From: Camelus ferus
Lineage: Eukaryota
NCBI RefSeq assembly: GCF_009834535.1
Contig: NC_045696.1
Span: 49,168,001-49,232,000, forward strand
Length of the DNA: 64,000 bases
Direction of reading: 5' to 3'
The position numbers and the translations under genes are program-made. The notes beneath the pieces are model-generated. The model searched no databases, was not told where the DNA came from, and saw only the letters and a list, made by a program, of their open reading frames with translations. Each line of letters opens with the position of its first letter. Position 1 is the first letter of the stretch. Below are positions 39,030 through 52,160 of the stretch, piece by piece.

Positions 39030-41158
39030 GTAGGTAACTGTTTTGCTTGGATTCAACTATGAATATTCAGTATTCATCAGTCTGTATCTTTATAGTTACT
39101 CGTATGAAAAGTGTCTGAGGGACAGCAGTTGATACTGTTAGGTCTTGTAAGATGACCATGGTTTTGTCAGAAGGTATCAAACTACATTTTGGTAAACAAA
39201 CAGTGTCAATGGGCTACTAAAGACAAATATATTAGACACCTTTTTTTAACCTACCATATATTACATCTTTCCAAATGGTAACATAATGACACTTTTGTTG
39301 TCCTGCCTTCTGAATAAAATGCAAGTCTTCGATGAAGTAGTTGAAAGACAGGTATAAAGAATCTTAGAAGTTTACTTGCTTCTTCAGACTGTGTATGCCT
39401 GTCTTATGTACAGGTATAACTTAACTTTCAACTGCCGAGAGTTATTAAATACATTGAGTTTTAAAGCTTATAAACAATTTTGGTTTCGGTAAATTATAAA
39501 ATATGCCTCTTCAAGAGAAAGCAATGTTTTGGGCCTAATCATTGAGATGGAATTAGGAAATAGAAATTGCACTTTGCTGTATAATCCAAAGACCAATGTC
39601 TCAGTTCACTAAATTCCATCAGTGGTTTTTGTTGCTTCATCTGTGAAATGTGAATAATACTTTTCCTGCTTACCTTACATTGTTGTGTTAAGAATAGAAT
39701 AAGATGATGTCATTTATGAACAGTTTCGTTCTATACAAATGGCATTATTTCTTGTGTAGTTATTAATGTTTTTTATGAGGCTATAAGGCTGGCTCTCAAA
39801 TGCATTTCCTCTGTCTTCCTAAGTGCTTTGTGTATGTCTCTGCCTCTCTAATCTGGCCCAGTTATAGCACTAATTTTTTTGGATTAAGGAAACCTGGGTG
39901 TTAGCCTCAGCTCTAAGATCAAATTAGTGGTCTGACTATGAATGTCACATCACCTCCATGAACCTTGGTTTTCTCACCTTAATGACCTTTGGGACCTTGG
40001 AGCTATAAATTTGCTGTGGTTTTTGCTACATTAAAGAAAATACTTTAAATAAAAGGACTGTAAAGTACTCTTTCATTCTAATATCTGTAAGACCAGATTT
40101 TTTTTTACTATTTCAAGAGTAAGTACTTTGTGGTTAACATCATCTTAGTTCCCAAATTATCTCAAGTTTTTCTATAATTTCAAAAACATTATTTACTAGT
40201 AGGCTAGTAATTATGTCCGTGTAACCATTTCATTTATTATTTGAATTCTATTCATTTAAAATATTTTCTGTCCAAAAGTTATTAGACCACTGAGAAATTG
40301 TAATTATTTTGACCTCTATAGATTTCATTCTCTTTATCTTTTAATAAAGGTAAAATTTTTATTTGATTTATAATCTCAATTACTGAAAATTAGTTGTCTG
40401 ACCTTCAAAAGTAAGAGTTTATAAAAATTATTTTCTAAATTGCAGAGAGCTATGAGATATGTTTAATTCTATTTTTGTTGTAACTCAACAATGTTTAAAA
40501 TATATGAAGATACTTTTTTTAGTGGATTAGGTAATTTTGGCAAAAATAAATGCATTCCCTAAGGATGTAATGGTCTCTTTATTTCAGGTGCCAGGATTTA
40601 TAATGGTTTGTAGATTGAAAATGTTAATTTACATGATAAATATTCTAAAAGTGATCATGGCTTTTGAAAATTTGTTACAGAATATTTCCAAAATATAGTA
40701 TAAACTATTTTTCATCATTATTTTAACAACAGTCTTTTAAATCACTTTTATGACACTTTGGAGAAAAGTGCTTTCTATTACACACGTTTGACTATCTTTA
40801 AAATGTTGGTAAGCATAGTCACATGTAAAAATGTGCAATACTTATATGCAATACTTGGTCATATACTAGATTACTTTCTTAATAATAATTTTTAAAAAAA
40901 TGATTCTATTTGAGTTGCTTCTTTAAATATGAATTACTTAGATTGGTCCTAAACATTGGAACCTTTAAAACTAGTTTACTTTTTTGTCCCATCTATTATA
41001 GGCTAATGGAAATGGAAGAACTGAATTAAATAAGTACACTAATATAAATATTAGTATGAGGAAAGTGTCCTCAAAACTTAGGAGAACCTTGATTGTACCC
41101 CTCCCCTTGTTTTTTTTTTTTGCTAACTGCAGCAATTTTTTTTAACTTTTTAATGCAG

Positions 41159-41243
41159 GATCGACCTTCCACCCACACATAAACCACCTCCTGTGTATGA
41201 AGAGCGATCCCCTCCTTTGCCTCAGAAAGATCTTCTATATCAG
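41159..41243 (+). CDS. NECTIN3: Nectin-3 beta/gamma cytoplasmic exon, 85 nt, phase 2-0
   Basis: Acceptor tttttaatgcAG at 41157-41158. Translates IDLPPTHKPPPVYEERSPPLPQKDLLYQ in frame with the previous exon. Donor CAG|GTAAGT at 41244. Confidence 0.95.
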
Positions 41244-41267
41244 GTAAGTGTTCCTGAGTATACTTAA
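41244..41267 (+). CDS. NECTIN3: Gamma-isoform read-through tail VSVPEYT-stop
   Basis: GTA AGT GTT CCT GAG TAT ACT TAA is in frame. Nectin-3 gamma is known to end with a short tail lacking the afadin motif. AATAAA follows at 41268-41273. Confidence 0.7.
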   Translation, partial: VSVPEYT

Positions 41268-43869
41268 AATAAAGTGAAGTAAAATTAAAACTACTAAGCA
41301 ATGTATATGATTTATTTCAAAATATTATCTAGTTCATTATGTATTAAATATCACATAATAACACATAATCAATTCTCTGAAACATTTAGGGGATCAAATT
41401 TTGTCTATAAATTAGTAAGAAAAGAAGTTATGTCCAATGTAGCTAAGACAAATCAACACTGTCTTAGGGGTACACATTTTTTACTAAAAGCCTATGTCTA
41501 AAGACTTACTGTTAATACAGTTTTATTGACATACAGATTCATTATGAACTATGCATTTTTATATAAATAGAAGATGGAAAAATTGAGTGGTAGGGTATGA
41601 TGCATGATGGAGAGGTTTTTCTCCTTGGCATATGTATTTTATTTTTGTTTCTTTTCAGTATACTCAAGGTCTAAATTTTAGCCTTCCTTTATTTAGCAAC
41701 AAAAGATTTATATTCCAATTTAAAATTCTAGGTATGGCTATTAAGCCTATTCTACATTTATGATAATTTACTATTTCTTTTGGAATCAGTTTACAGTAAT
41801 TTATGTGAAAGTATTGATTCAGTGCTTCTGTCCTGGATTCTATATCTTGATTAATATGTTCTGCTTGGGAAAGTTTAAGCCATCAGAATGTTTGAATACT
41901 TTTTTTCTTAGCTTTAGTTGCTTTGTTTTTATTTTTTTTCCCTGTATCACCCATTCAGCTTACTGGGGCTCTAACCCTATATTGGGGTTTTATTACCTGT
42001 GGGAATATTCTATAGAATTTTTCTCCTAAAACAAGGCTGTATCTTCAGCTTAAATAAGGCAAATCATTTGCTCACCAATTAATTTATTTAATTTGGTGGA
42101 AAAACTGCGGGAGAATATATCTGTTAAGATGCTCTCAGCTTCTGTTCCTTGGATGACCACATAACCAATCTACTGCTCAAGAGTGGGGCAGGGAGGAGCA
42201 TTCCCTGGCATGTGCACTCACTGACAGTGGGCACCAACTTTGTCGTCTTAACACAAGTTTCACGTCTTAGGGGTGAAGATGTGCCATCTTTTCCGAACTC
42301 TTATTTTCACATAAAGAGTATAGCTTCATATCTCTTGGCAAATAAATTAACTTGACAAGTAGTGTGAAATGTCATCAAAATATTTAGCTAGAGGTGTTGT
42401 TAACTGCTGCAGAAGGATAGCTGTCTTCCTCCTTCTCCAAAGCTAGTAACTAACCAGAGGATTTCTAGATTCAGGTTTGGGAATTTTTTAAAAACATTGT
42501 TATAGTAACTTTTTAGGACAACCGTAATTGCATGTAATTTTATTCTTCTCTGTAAAATCAATTTATTATGTCACTTGTTGTTATTTAATATTTTCAATTT
42601 AAATATTTACAAAAGCTTATGAATGGGAAAAAATTTTTTGGGCTCAGATCATATGTCCTGGAATTTAGTTAAAATATGATTGTGTATATATGTATGTGTA
42701 TAGTATGTAGGCACTGCTAAATGAACACAAAGGGATGATTTTTCTTGAATGATTTGACAGTGGTACCAACTGCAAGTTTTAGTATTCTTGGAGTCAGAGA
42801 AGTCTTCATGGATGGATCAGTTTTGGAAGTAGGAGTTTTGATGCGTGTGATAAAATTACTCCGTTGTTGATTAGAGCAAATTGCATAATCCCAAGCATAA
42901 ATCTAGGTGGAAATGAAAAAGTAATGGAAATTTTAGAAAGGAAATTGATGGGCAGCATCTGCAGTGGATAATAAGCATTGGACTTTGGGAGTCATAGACC
43001 ATTTAGTAACATTGTAATTTTCTCCTCATCTGTAAGATTAAGCAGGTGAAAAACATGATTGATTTTTTTTTCCCTCTTCTTGCTGTAAAACTGAGTCTAT
43101 AACATATTGCTAAGAATGAGCTGGTTGCTGTCATACTGCTTAGGAGAGTCAAAACTTGGAGATGAAATAATTCTTAATTCTATAAAGATTTTAGGAATAA
43201 TTTACACTGAAATCATTATCCAACAGTAATATAATTTATTATGATTCATGCATTATGTCATATGTTAATTATATGATTGTGTTTTAATTAATGATGTGAT
43301 ATCAAAATGCAAAATACGTAGAACTGTTTCCTGATTACCAAGAGATCTATACATGTGTAATTACTGTCTAATTAGTTCATGCAATGATAGCATGCTATAA
43401 TGGTAAATGCCTTCATAATGTTCCACTTCACTACATAACTTGTCAATTTTAAGCTCATGAGGTTAATTCCTACTTAAAAGTCAGTTAGTCTTCAGCCTTC
43501 ATAACCAGGTCTTGTGGCCTAGTGAGCTAGGCCATGCTCCCAAATGCTACCATGGCTTTACAGAAGAGAGCCCACTTTTCTACCCATCAGTGCTCTGCAC
43601 TTGGGAAACCACAGAAACAAACAGTTCTTCACTACTTACATTGGTTCCTGCTACTCACACATTATTTTTGTGGTTGTAGTGCCAAAATTCATACCTGAGA
43701 ATTTTCCCTCTAAATCTAATTATGAGAATGAAGCCTGGTTTTGCAAAGAGGCGATTTCCTTGAGTGGGAACTATTACCATATTGCAAAGATTCATAGTTG
43801 ATAAATCCTACAAAAGTGAGTCTTCATTTAGGAAACAACATGAACTCATGACATTAAAATGTATTTTTA

Positions 43870-45640
43870 CCTTTTTATTATGTTTTATTTTCTTAACATT
43901 ATAGGTAATGCATTAAGTATATTCTTGGTACAAAGAAAAATCAAATACTGCAGAATTATAGAGTTAACTGTTGAAGATTCTCATTCATCCCCCTGTTCCT
44001 GAATATATTATTTCCTTCCCCAGAGATCACCATTGTTACTAACTTAAATATCCCCCCAGACTTTTTTTCACAAGTTTACTTTTAAGTGTACATCATCCAC
44101 ATTTACATCTACAGATAATTTTTTAGAAACATAAATGTGGTCACAGAGTACATATTGTTCTAAAAATTGTTTTTTCCACTCTGTTACAAACCAGTATTTT
44201 TCAGAGTGAGTAATGTTGCCACCTTTATCAAAATTCCCTGGGTTATTGAAAATGAAGATTCTTGAAGACAGTTTCAGGTTTACTGAATCAGAATCCCAGG
44301 GGTTGGAGACAGTGGGCATTTTGCCTAGTTCACCAGGTGAATTCTAATGCATATTCAGGTTTTAGAACTATTACTGTCTCTCTGTCTCATTCTGGAATGG
44401 CTGTGACAGTATTCCATTGTGTTGATATACCACAAATTACCTAATGATCTTCCGAGGTTGTTTCCTTTTTTTCCCTATTACAATAATTGTGCAGTGAGGG
44501 TACTTTTTGTGCACATGTATTTATAAAATATATGCAAAGAAATAGAATTACTGTGAATATTTTTACATTTAAATAGGTGTCATATTGCTGGCCAAACTAG
44601 CTATATTAATTTATATTCCCATAAATAGTATATTAAAATCCATTTCCCTCTTTAATATTGTTTAATAGAACTTTTTTTTTCTGTCAGTTTGATAAAACTG
44701 GAAAAATAGTTCATTTAAAAGCTTTGTAGATTCCTGGAAGAGGTTTCATACTTGATTGCCTTTTTGTAGTTCTGTAAACTACCTATTTGCATCATTTTTC
44801 ATCAGTTTTTTAAACTTTGCTTGTTAATTTTTTAGCAGCTCTTTGATATGGACAGTAATCTTTTGTCTTATATTTGCTTCTTACTTGTTAACTTTATAGT
44901 GTCTTATACAGAAAGTTTAAGTTTTTATGTAGTCAAAATCACTGTCCTTTTCCTTATAGTTTCTGGAAATTATACATTATCTAAAAAGACTTCCTCTCCA
45001 TTCCCCCTCTGCCCCTGATCTGAAGTGTTTTAAAAAATCATATAAAAACTCTCATAGTTTTATGGAATTTCTTTTATTTTAATTAATCTGAAACTTATTT
45101 TTGCTTATGGTATAAGGTAATAACCTAATTTTTCCCCAGTAGGATAACAAGTTGTCCAAAAACTATTGAATATCTGTCCTTTTCCATGATTTGAAGATAT
45201 TTTTATCCTAAAATAAACTCCCATGGATATTAGGTGTATTTCTGAACTCTTAATTCTGTTATATTGTTCTATGTTTCTCTCCTTAAAGCAAAACAACACT
45301 ATTTTAATTACTGTCTTATAGTATGATTTGGTATTTAGTGAAGCAAATTTCCTCATCTCTGTTCGTCCTTTCCAAAATTTTCTTGGCTTTTTTTCATATC
45401 AACCTTAGAATTGGCTTCCCAGGTTCCATAAAAATCTCACTGAACTTATTAATTTAGTGAGACTTGTCAACTTTGTAATGTTAATTCTGTCCAGAAACCA
45501 GATAAGCTTCTACTTTATGGTTCTTTTATGTACTAGATAAAGTCTTTTTTAGTATATGTTTTCCACATTTCTTATTACAGTTATTAAAGGCATTTTGAGT
45601 ATTTTAATTGATTATAGGTTTTCCTCTAATCCCCTGTGGC
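43870..45640 (-). mobile_element. Old LINE-1 (L1ME/MC-like) 3' end and ORF2 fragments, interrupted by a MER5 and a younger L1; appears to resume at about 46280-46540
   Basis: Minus ORF 45105-45356 reads SYYKTVIKIVLFCFKERNIEQYNRIKSSEI, a degraded form of the L1 ORF2 YYKATVIKTVWYW...DQWNRIE motif. Confidence 0.8.
44192..44372. mobile_element. MER5-like hAT element nested in L1
   Basis: tactgaatcagaatcccagggg...caccaggtgaattctaatgcatattcaggttttagaacta. Confidence 0.78.
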
Positions 45641-45679
45641 TTTTTTTGGGGGGGGCGGAATCTTGGCTTTTACCTCCCT

Positions 45680-46075
45680 CTTTTTTTTCTTATTTTATTT
45701 CTATTTTATTAAAGTATATTCGATTTACAAAGTTATGTTAATTTCTGGTGTACAGCATAGTGATTCATTTATACATATATATATTCCTTTTCATATTCTT
45801 TTTCATTATAGGCTATTACAAGGTATGAATGTAGTTTCCTGTGTTATACAGTAGGACCCTGTTGTTTATCTATTTTATATATAATTTCTACAAATCCTGA
45901 ACTCCCAGTTTATCCTTCCCCACCCCCTTTCCTCCCTGGTAACCATAAATTTGTTTTCTGTGGCTGTGAGTCTGTCTCTGTTTTTTAAATAAGTTCATTT
46001 GTGTCTTCTTCAATATTTATCCATATTACTACAAATGGCCTTATTTTATTCTTTTTTATGGCTGAGTAGTATTCC

Positions 46076-46150
<75 letters not shown>

Positions 46151-46275
46151 CATACATATATGCCACAACTTCTTTATCCAGTCATCTGTCAATGGATATT
46201 TAGGTTGCTTCCGTGTCTTGGCTATATATAGTGCTGCTATGAACATTGAGGTGCATGTATCTTTTTCAAATTAGA
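45680..46275 (-). mobile_element. Younger (artiodactyl-type) LINE-1 3' end, 5'-truncated, internally deleted
   Basis: Poly-T tail then aagtatattcgatttacaaagttatgttaatttctggtgtacagcatagtgattc. Minus ORF reads MFIAALYIAKTRKQPKYPLTDDWIKKLWHI, the L1 ORF2 C-terminus. Confidence 0.9.
46078..46149. repeat. Long perfect (TG)n microsatellite, about 36 units
   Basis: Directly visible. Confidence 0.97.
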
Positions 46276-47269
46276 GTTTCTTCTGGATGTATGCTCTGTG
46301 CCTTTTTCTAGTTGGTTATTAGCATATAGAAATGCTTTGAGTTTTTTTAAAAGTTTCTAGGCTTTTTTCTTGAACTTGTTATTCATTCTAATAGATTTTC
46401 AGTTTATTTTCTTGAATTTTCTAGATATATAATCTACTCGCTTGCAAAAAACAACAGTTATCTTTTTTATTCCTTGTTCACTGTGATTTATTTATTTTTG
46501 CAGTGATTTTACAGAGTGCTAAATGCTGACAGTTGTAGGGGACTGTTTTTTTAATCTCATTAAGCTTCAAATCCAGCATGAAATACTGGACACTGATATA
46601 AAATTTCTTTGTATTAAAACTTTGGACAACATTGTGCATTCTATGTATAATGCTATTTTTTAGCCTTGTATTGGTAGAGTTGTATACTCTGATGTGAAGA
46701 ACTATTTCCCAAACCAGCTAAAATGATCCAGGGAGCTTTTCTGGGAAAATATTTTTAATGTATACAGTTTTATTTTTAATATGAAAAAATCTGAATGTAA
46801 ATGTGAATCTTTTAGAATGCTCTGCTTCAGCCTGAGGTAGCATTTATTCTCTGGAAGTCAGGACTAGTGACTATTTGAAATAAATAACATTACTTGACTC
46901 TACTAAGGAACCTAACAGGAATTTCAGTCAAGAAGCAATACTGTAGGGAATATGGCTTTGGAAGTTATTTTTGCGCTGACATGTCACAAAGCTTTGTAAT
47001 CTCTTCAACTATCGTGAGATTTTCTTCCCCCTTGATGTCCACATTTTCAGAAGTAGTTATCTGTCAGATGATTTTTTTTGGTAAATTTTTGATTTTTAAC
47101 AACCTTGAAAATGTATTATGAATGTTATTTCAGGTGTTAAAATACACAGGACAGTTTTCATTATTTAAAATATTTCTTTTATATACATGTAAACATGTGT
47201 ATATTAATCTGTGGGATGAAATGGAATATATGCATAAAGTATATGACTGAATTCCAAGCTGAACTAATT

Positions 47270-47844
47270 TCCTTTTTTGTCAAACACTGCTTTTACTTAA
47301 AAGAATGACTACCAAACTATGATTATTCAGGCTTGAGTATTTTGCAGACATTTTCTCAAAAATCAATGAAGTGAAACTGTCACTCAATACAAACAACTGA
47401 CAGTACTTGTTTATCTGGAAAGACTATTAAAATATTCCTCCCTTTTCCAGCCATGTATCTGTGTGAGGCCATTTCTTCTAACTATATTTCAACCAAACAA
47501 CATATTTTAACAGATTGAATGCTGTGGCAGATGTGAAAATCAAGCTTTCTTTTTTTGACTCAGATATTAAAAAGATTTACAAACGTAAAAAAATAAAAAA
47601 ACCAAAACAGTAAAAGACCACTCTTCTCACTAACTTTTGTTTTGAAAAACATGGTTATTTTTCATTTAAAAGATGCTGTTTATATTAACATATTATGAGT
47701 TTATCTTTAAATCAATTAAATATCTTAAAAATATTTTAGTTTTAATGTTTAATATAGCTACTACCCATATAAGTAAAAGTACTTTGGGTTCTCAAAATTT
47801 TAAAGTTTAAAGAGGCCCTAAGGCCCAAACTTAGAGAGCTTCTG
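47270..47844 (+). mobile_element. Charlie1-like hAT transposon 3' portion (internally deleted)
   Basis: gcagacattttctcaaaaatcaatgaagtgaaactgtcactcaa, aacagattgaatgctgtggcagatgtgaaaatcaagctttctt, and a diverged terminus aaacttagagagcttctg. Confidence 0.78.
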
Positions 47845-48399
47845 CTGTAGACTGTAAGTAGTATGAAGACAGAGACCTTTGCTTGGTACTGTCGTCCCAG
47901 GGCACAACACAGAGCTTGGCACGTTGTAGGTAACTAATAAAATTTTTTTTAATGAATATGTGAAAGAAAGAATAAAGCCCCACTTTATATTCTTTTCAAT
48001 CTATGATTTGAAAATTTCTGCATTGTTTATTCTAAAATATCTGATTCTCAGATAATATATTTCAGTATATTTAATGTCAATATTATGTAATATCAGTGTA
48101 TCAGATTTCAATATATCATGTATGAAAAAGAGCAGAAGAAACAAGAGACCCTATAATAATACACCAAAATGTTAGCTGTGATATCTGTATATTAGGCTTA
48201 TCAGTGAATATTACGTTTTATATTCTATTTTTCTATAGTTTCTGATTTTTCTGCCATGCTTTTTCTCTCCTTTGTCAGTGACCTTTTAGCAGAGTAAAAT
48301 GTAGATCTGTTGAAAACCTGAATTACTACACTGGAATGTTTCATCAGTCTGGGAAAATTATGATTTTTCCCCAATAATTCACTACCATATGTCTTATTT

Positions 48400-49160
48400 T
48401 TTAGTAAATTTTTATAAATATTCATGGCAGAGTGTTTTTACATTTTTTGAGTGGATAATACACACAAAATAATATAAAAGGGTATTTTCTAAAATCTCAC
48501 TATCATTTCCATTCCTATCCTACCCTCACTACCTTCTACAAAAAATTACTTGTATAAATTTCTTTTGTCTTCATATGGTTTATATAAAACATAAGGCAAG
48601 GAAATACACACACATTTTATCTCTTCTCAAACAAAAGGCAACATACATACTCTGTTATACATCTTGCCGTTTCCTCCTAAAATACGAAGATCTTTCTTTA
48701 TTGGGAAAGAGAGAATTCTCACTCTTCTGTATATCCACGCAGGATTCTAACATGTATATACTATATAGTTTGTAATGTCAAAATATTTTAATAAACCAAT
48801 AATGCTACAGTGAATAGCTTTGTATATATGATATTTTGTATCTACACAGGTATAATCTGCAGGAGAAATTTTTAGACTTGAACTTGCTGCATTAAATAGT
48901 ATACGTGTTTAAAATTTTGATGGGTATTGTCAAATTGTCCTCTATAAATATTGTACTTTTTTGCACTCCTATGAGCGATGCTTGAAAGCACCTGCTTCTC
49001 CACATTCTCACGAAAAGCATATGTATTCTGCCCAATTATTGGTAATCTGATAGGTGAAAAGTAGTAAATATATCATTGCAATTTTGCAATCTCATTATTA
49101 GTGAGTTTCAGCATCTTTTCAAGTGGTTAAAGGGTCATTTTTCTCCTGCAAACTGTCATT
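48400..49160 (-). mobile_element. Old LINE-1 3' fragment (L1ME-like)
   Basis: aataatgctacagtgaatagctttgtatat, tattgtcaaattgtcctc and gtgagtttcagcatcttttc. Confidence 0.65.
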
Positions 49161-49499
49161 CTTTTGTGTGCTATTTAAGCATTTTATAAGTAGATATGAA
49201 AATTTTTTGTTTTGATTCATATGTATATATAGCATGAATTATATGTACATTGTTCCTTGGTATCTAAATTTGTGGTATAGAAAGTTAAGTAAGATGAATC
49301 ATGTTTTCCCATAGACTTACATGATAAAATAAGAAGATTAAAAAATTAAGAAACTATGTTATGACTAGAGCTCAAATGTTATCAAACTGTATGGTTTTAG
49401 AAACATATGGTGGCCCTACTTTTTATCAAGTTACGGAGTTAGAGATATGTCCTCCAAGTATCTTAATATCATAATACCATATTTCATTTAAAGATTTAC

Positions 49500-49682
49500 T
49501 TTTTTTGTTTGTTTTTTGTTTTTTGTTTTTTTTGTTGTTGTTGTTGTTTTGTTCTTTTTGTTTTTGGTGGGGGGAGGTAATTAGGTTTATTTAATTTTTT
49601 TTTTTTTAGATGGAGGTACTGGGGATTGAACCCAGCAGAGCGCTAAGCATGCACTCTACTACTTGAGTTAATACCCACCCCC
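49500..49682 (-). mobile_element. tRNA-Ala-derived SINE (vic-1-like) with an expanded (CAA/CAAA)-type tail
   Basis: ggggaggtaattaggtttatt...ggaggtactggggattgaacccag...gctaagcatgcactctactacttgagttaatacccacccc. Small deletion in the variable-arm region. Confidence 0.88.
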
Positions 49683-50279
49683 GCACAAGGCTTTCTTAAA
49701 CCTATTTACCCTACTACTCTTTATAATTCTATAGAGTCTCATTATTCTCAAAACTTATCTTTCCAATACATCCCTGCCATTTTTTCAATAATATTTTTAG
49801 ATAAGTTGCTTTTGTTAATTATCATCAGTGGTCTGTTTTTCTCCCAGGATCTGAATATTTTAACATGTTTCTAGATACCAGATACCAGTAGTTGTGGGCT
49901 TTGGGAAGAAAGGAGGGAGGAAGGTGCTACAAGAGTTAACATTTTTATTCCAAATTAGAGGAAACTGTATGACTAAGTGGAATATTTAGTAACTGAATCC
50001 TGAATATTTCTAGAATGATTTTGCCCTCGAGTAGCAAAAAAGTTTTCATCTTGCATATTGCCTTCAGGTAATAGGTAGTGGTAGTTACTGAGACAAGTAG
50101 TGAAAGAATTGTAGGACCTTGTTCTGGTCGGAGGAGGGAAGAAGTTTTGTAATCAACAAAGTTTAAATGAAATAATGACATAAAATAATATTGAAATAAT
50201 GTATTCAAATAAAATATCAGTGCAACATCTGAAGTGTAAAGGATTAGTATTTTTACTAAATCAAAGCGCTTACTAATAA

Positions 50280-50410
50280 ATTTTATAAATGAGGAAAAGA
50301 TAAACCTACTTTATAAGGTTTTATAAGGATTAATAAATTACCATATCTTATATCCTTAGAACACTGCCTGGCATATAGTAAATACTCTGTGTTTTCTGTT
50401 ATTATTATTG
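50280..50410 (+). mobile_element. MIR SINE 3' remnant
   Basis: cttagaacactgcctggcatatagtaaatactc...gttattattattg. Confidence 0.7.
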
Positions 50411-51697
50411 TTATTTAAAAAGAAGTTATGTAATTCTTAAAAAAAAATTAAAGAGACAAAGCGGTGAAATTATTTCAGTAGAAGAGTAAAACTTATACTA
50501 CTTTGACTCATGTAAACCCAGCATATATTTCTTTTGGAAATCATTGATACTCTTATTATAAGTTTAGTTGTGCTTGAAATGAAATTAAAATGGAGTCCAT
50601 AATTTTTGATTCATATTTCTGTTTTTTTCTCTGTTACTCATTTATCAAACAGCTATTTTTTGAGTACTTAATATGTGTCAGTATTGGGAATGCATAGTTA
50701 ATGAAACAGAATTTTTTAAAGTATTATCTTTATGGAGATTATATTTTAGGGACAAATTGATACATGCCTATGATGATGTCTTTTTTTCTTTTTTTAAAAA
50801 GAATTTTACTGAAATACAATTGGCATACAACAAACTATACATATTTAAAATGTGTTTGATGTATTTTATATATACACAAACATATACATATATACACATA
50901 GCCAAGAAACATCACCACAATCAGCATAATGTCCATATTCACCACTTTCAAAGGTTTTCTGGGAATCCTGTGAAATCTTCCCCTTCTTGTCCTGCCCCTG
51001 CTCCCTCTCCCCATCTCCAGGGAAACAATTACTGATTTGCCTTCTGTCTCTATATATTACTTTAATAAACATTTTTGAATTTTATGTAACAGAATCATAC
51101 AGTAGGTTCTCTTTTTTGGTCTTGCTTCTTTCACTCCACATAATTTTGAGATTTCTTCATACTGTTTTATCAATAATTCATTCCTTTTAGATAGGCATAC
51201 TTGTAGATTGACTACATTTTGTTTATACATTCACCTGTTGATGGACATTTGCATTATTTCCACTTTTAGGCTATTATAAACAATGCTGTTATGGACATTT
51301 ATGTATGCCTTTGTGTAAACATATGCTTTCATTTATCTTGAGTAAACACCTACATTTGAAATGGCTGGGTCATATGGTAAACATAACTTTAAAAATGTTA
51401 ATAAAAAAAAATGCCAAATTCATCTTAAGTGTTTTTACCATTTATGTTTTCACCAGCAATGTATGAGTTGCTCCATACCTTTACCACCATTTATTATATT
51501 CAGACCTTTAAAATTTTAGACATTAATAGGTGTGTGGTTATTTCAGTATGGTTTTAATTTGTACTTTTTCCCCTAGCTACTAACACGTGGAACATTTTTT
51601 TCATTTTCTCATTTGTCACCTGTTTGTCCTCTTTAGTGAAGTCTCTTTTCAAGCATTTGCTCATTTTTACTGGATTAAGAGTTCTTTATATCTTTTG

Positions 51698-52085
51698 TGT
51701 TATGGAATGAATGTTTGTGTCCCCTCTCCCTGCCCTCCCCCGCCCCACTCCGATTCATACATTGAAACCCTATCACTAGTGTGATGGTATTTAACAAGTG
51801 GGGCCTTTATGGGTGATGAGGTCACCAGAGTGGAGCTCTCATGAGGGGATTAGAGCCCTCATAAGAAGAGACAGGAGAGAGATTATTTCTCTTTCTGCCA
51901 TGTAAGGCTACAACAGGAAGATAGCTGACTGTAAATTTGGAAGAGTGCCCTCACCAAGAGCCAAAATCTTAGACATATAGGAGTCTAGGACTTCCCAGCC
52001 TCCAGAACGGTGAGAAATAAATGTTTGTTCTTTAAACCACCTAGTCCATGGTAGTTTGTTATAGCAACCTGAGTGGTATAAGACA
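51698..52085 (+). mobile_element. MaLR solo LTR (MLT1A-like), complete, with 5-bp TSD TTTTG
   Basis: Begins TGttatggaatgaatgtttgtgtcccc and ends ataagaCA, with internal gtgagaaataaatgtttgttctttaaaccacc. TTTTG at 51693-51697 and 52086-52090. Confidence 0.92.
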
Positions 52086-52160
52086 TTTTGGATACAAGTC
52101 CTTTGTTAGGTAATATCATTTAGAAACATTTTCCCCCATTCTCCTGCTTATCTTTCTCTT

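Noticed and set aside
41109..41145. Upstream alternative acceptor tgcAG at 41131-41132 (would give LDKVNFF-stop)
   Set aside because: It lies only about 5 nt after the CTAAC that is the likely branch point for the 41158 acceptor, too close to be used with it. No other support.
45999..46274. ORFs with CVCVCV / HTHTHT runs
   Set aside because: Translation of the TG microsatellite within an L1 remnant.
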